Shown here: piece after piece, positions 60,388-64,000 of the stretch
Position numbering within the stretch: position 1 is the stretch's first letter
Layout of the letters: every line of letters starts with the position of its first letter
Assembly (NCBI RefSeq): GCF_964355755.1
Contig: NC_092680.1
Coordinates: forward strand, 12,347,045-12,411,044
Source of the DNA: Antedon mediterranea
Lineage: Eukaryota; Animalia; Echinodermata
DNA length: 64,000 nt
Direction: 5' to 3'
Notes under the pieces: generated by a model
What the model saw: the letters and a program-made list of their open reading frames with translations, nothing else
Told to the model about the DNA's origin: nothing
Databases searched by the model: none
Program-made: the position numbers and the translations under genes

Positions 60388-61860
60388 TTTTCACACTGCT
60401 GCTTTAGCCCGCTAAGTCCCAGGAGGATGACTCATTAAGTATGTAAAGCAGCAGTTAAATATCTAAGGTTGACAGTTTTGCTAAAATTTATACTCGACTG
60501 TAATTTATAGGTACCACCAAAAAACGTCTGGGAAAGAGTCTATTCAGACCCATGGCGTTAGACCGTTTTAGCGTACAACGTTACTAGCAAGGTCACATTA
60601 CAAACCGCAGAGAAAAAAACGAGGTGTTCAGACCCATAGCGTACGATTATCGTTACAACGAAGTACGTCATTCAGGTTGTTTCTAGTTGCATATTCATGT
60701 GCTCTTACAAACGTGTTTTCATCATTATTTCCACTGTATATAGCCTAGGCTAGATCTCAGCCCTACAATTATGACAAAATTTGCCGTAAATAAAACATAC
60801 CTCAGCATTTATTTAAGAAAAATATAGTAAAGCCAAATTTCTGTTTCTATTGTTTTTATTTTGTATTAAAAAACATTTTCCCCAGGCTCTTGTGTTACGA
60901 AAATAAAGCAGGCCTCCTATCCTAATGATGAAGAAAAAATTGATTGTGATTAGTCTATCCATGGAGTTACTCCATGGTCTATCCAGTCCAGTCAAAGATA
61001 CTGTATATATTCTTTGTTCCAGTCGGTTGAAAATAACCCTTAACTTGCTAATAAAAGGGACACAGCTCCCCTTGTTTGTTTACTGAATTTTTTAGGAGTT
61101 AGGGGGGTTTTCAGCATTAAACTTGACCAGTCTAGTCTGCCCCTAGCTAGGCCTAAAAGCGGATGGGATCGTAGTCCCTATGTTTAAATACAAGGTGCAT
61201 GTATTTATGTCATTTGTTAGAAAATATAATGGTAATCAGTTGATAGTGTAGTTTGTAGCCTTTGTAACAGTTGTATTTGTAGTGTAGTTAGGCCTTATTT
61301 ATTCTGGCCTTTTTGTTATTGAAATCCATCTCACACATTGACGATACAAGATGTCAGCCTAGGTCAAACCTTGTATCGCGTCATAACAGGAAACCTTCTG
61401 ATTGGATACAACGTTGACTTACAGTAGCGTCGTACGCTAAAACGGTACTATCAACTGTTTTCCACTACAACGCTACAACCGTTGTATGACGCGTTGTACG
61501 CTAATCCCCAACTGTTCAGACACACATTCTTTTAGCGTCGTACGCTAAAACGGTCTAAACGCCCAAAGCATTTGTGGTATTTATGAGTCCCATGATATTA
61601 TATAATTCACTGTCAGATGATACTTCACACTTGAATGAAGTATCTACAGTAAAACTCAAAAACCATTGTCTGACAGACAATTTAAGTACTTTATGCATTA
61701 AATTACATTTTTCAGGTAAAATTACTATTATGTGACAATAAAATGACCCATTCAAACACAAATTTGAAATAAAAAATATTTTTCAGAGGGACAATATATC
61801 TTTAAAACTGTTACGTCAATAAGCGAGCAGCGTTTTTTGTAAGAAATATTTCTTGTTTAG
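60388..61860 (+). mobile_element. Interspersed repeat (homolog of 36420-37026) split by a Harbinger-type insertion
   Basis: Homology to the 36.4-37.0 kb copy stops at 60544 and resumes at 61562. Confidence 0.78.
60554..61564. mobile_element. Harbinger-type non-autonomous element of about 1 kb
   Basis: GGCGTTAGACCGTTTTAGCGTACAACG ... CGTCGTACGCTAAAACGGTCTAAACGCCC. The TIR resembles that of 37904-38889 (GGG..TGTTYAGACC). Confidence 0.8.
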
Positions 61861-61955
61861 TACTGTAGTTTTGAGCGGTTTTTTTTATCATTGATTGTTG
61901 ATAATGATATTTTACAATAAATTTGTGAATTTGTTTTCCCCACACAGTAGACAAC

Positions 61956-62381
61956 ATGTCGATTTCAACAGACGTTGCCAGCAAACCTGTAACTCATTAT
62001 GCCCCTTCAGATTGGCATACCAACAATCATCTTCTCTCAACAAACGCTGAGAAATTGAGGGAAAACTCACACAGTCAACGCCAACAGGCCAGACAGCTAC
62101 GAAACGAGACAGATAACCGTACGGCATGGGGTATCCATGACAACACAACAAGACTGTCCAATAGAATCGATGATATTGAAAATTGGAGGCAGACACTAGA
62201 GAGGACATTGAAAGACATAGATGAAGAAATTTCTAAGCTTACTGCTGATAAGGACTTGGCAGAGAAAGCTTTAGAGGCAAAGGCATTGCCACTAGATGTG
62301 GCCATTGAGTGTTTGACGTACAGAGATAGTCGAAGGTCTATTGATGTCGTTGATGACAAAGCTAATTCCGAGCTTCAAAAG
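61956..62381 (+). CDS. TEKT2: Tektin-2 / tektin B1, first coding exon
   Basis: DWHTNNHLLSTNAE, QARQLRNETDN, HDNTTRL, AKALPLDVAIECL and SRRSIDVV match Tektin-2 as I recall it. Acceptor at 61947/61950; donor AAG|GT after ELQK (phase 0). Confidence 0.95.
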
Positions 62382-62816
62382 GTTTCAATTTATTTATTTG
62401 TCTGAGTGTACTAATTCACAACTTTAGTGTCCGCAACATTTAATACTAAACAATTTCACTTCATTGTTCATGTCACTGCTTAGCCCCATTTTTGTTAGGA
62501 TTCAAACACACAATCATTTATCAATAATGATATTATTATATAATTATATAAGAAAAATGAGTTTCACGTACCTGTAAAATTTACGTCTATTTAGAATTAT
62601 TCAGAAGACCATTAGTAAATATATTAAATTGTCAATCCAATATTTAATCAATTTTGGGGCTTGGCTGTGCTAAACTAGCGGCCTATCTATTATTGCTAGG
62701 CCTAGCTAGTTAGGTTAGTTTGTTTGTCTAACTGAATTCACTAAATGTACGTCTATTTAGATTTATCCAGAAGACAATTTAAAACAAAATATATACATTT
62801 TTGACCATGATTTCAG

Positions 62817-63031
62817 GAAGTAGTGGTGATTGACGGTATCAAGGAGGAATTGCAAGCAAAGATCAGTGCAGCGTTTGAGCAATTATGTGTTTTACAAGAA
62901 GCTAGACAGCAGCTTGCCGCTGACCTACGACACAAGACAGAAGCAAAGAAGATTGATACATACTGCCATGATCTGTCAATTAATTCACCTGACATCTGCT
63001 ATCAACCAAACTCAACACGAACACCAAAGGG
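62817..63031 (+). CDS. TEKT2: Tektin-2, second coding exon; further exons not identified in the window
   Basis: TTTCAG|GAA acceptor; EVVVIDGIKEELQAKISAAFEQLCVLQEARQQLAADLRHK...SPDI....STRTPKG; donor GG|GTAAGT (phase 2). Confidence 0.95.
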
Positions 63032-63766
63032 GTAAGTTAATCATGCGCACATTCCGAAACACCTCCGGCGGATATACTGTTTGACATCATTTTGTAAGGT
63101 TGAAAAAAAAAGCTATTTAAATTTTATTTTCATACTAAATGCTGTTTAAATTCAATTGAAACGTTGTTGGGTCAATCTTATAAGTTGGACAGTGAAATCA
63201 TTTAAAACTAGTGCTGTTAAGACCAGTTTAACTGAAGTAGTGAGCCAATGTAATACATTGTACTGTACAACAAAGAAACCAGTAGGGGAATACAAATAAT
63301 AACTTTATTTGAAAATGGAAAACTAGTGTGTGTTCTTAAGAAGGCCGTTTCAGTATACAAAACTATTTACAAATACAACAAATAAAAGTAAAAGAAGTAA
63401 TATGAACATATTTAAAACAATACTAAAGTCAAATGGTGTTTACAAAAAAAACATGCATGCATAAGCAAAAACCAAAATTATTACAAAACTTAAATTATTG
63501 TTTAAGGTTATTGCACAGATTAAGAAACAAAAACTAGCTCCTTGAAATGAAAAACTCATTTTTTTTAATGTTCAGGGTTTCGGTTTAGAGACCTAAAATA
63601 TGTCAAGAGGACATAGTATTTTTGTCTGCCAGTCCGATGAATAGTGTAGACATTGTTTTTGTCAAGCCCTTTCAAATTTACAAAAATAAGTACTGTAAAT
63701 TAATCTTTAGGTACATTTTTCTCTTTACTATTCAGAAGTAAAAAATAAACTAATTGGTTTTCTCTT

Positions 63767-63775
<9 letters not shown>

Positions 63776-63804
<29 letters not shown>
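63776..63804. repeat. (TA)n microsatellite
   Basis: About 14 TA units. Confidence 0.95.
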
Positions 63805-63806
<2 letters not shown>

Positions 63807-64000
63807 TGGCTTAGCATAGGCCTAAGCTAGCCCTATTTTTTAAGCAGCTAAAGGACTGTCCGATAGTAGAATAATCTTCTCTAGCCTTCATCTTGTGCAA
63901 TTCTTCGACCCCTGAGTTTAAACACTACCCTTTTTGATAAACGATCATTTCAAGTGCTTAATGATTGGATAAATTGATGTATAGCCAGTGATTTAAAACG

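Noticed and set aside
62382-62405. C-terminal VSIYLFV of the tektin ORF
   Set aside because: This is read-through into the intron; homology resumes at 62817.
61912-63084. Antisense and alternative-frame ORFs over tektin and the GPCRs
   Set aside because: They are shadow ORFs with no recognisable motifs.

Overview
This is AT-rich, repeat-dense animal genomic DNA, probably echinoderm (inferred from the tektin sequence and the TAGGCCTA-rich tracts). 1-16.1 kb is one pyrimidine-strand satellite, [GCTGATCTA(TC)n], with visible multi-level higher-order repeats and a degenerate right edge. 16.1-42 kb is mostly nested transposon remains: L2/CR1-group and RTE-X-like LINE fragments, a MULE-like element with a 9-bp TSD, a Kolobok-like element with TTAA TSD carrying a pogo-like MITE, a Harbinger element with a frameshifted Myb/SANT ORF, many Harbinger-type MITEs, tRNA-derived SINE-like pieces and minisatellites. 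42-56 kb holds two tandem, divergent class-A GPCR genes of the bombesin/GRP/CCHamide-receptor type, each with the 7TM region in one exon. 58-64 kb holds the 5' part of a Tektin-2 (tektin B1) gene with a ciliary-type promoter; the gene presumably continues past the window end. I see no unambiguous wholly new system. The most unusual signals are the layered satellite, a MULE insertion at the centre of a perfect hairpin, RFX X-box arrays in the Kolobok element, a locally templated insertion in a tektin intron, and the motif-degenerate GPCR pair. All alignments were done by eye; no database search was run.
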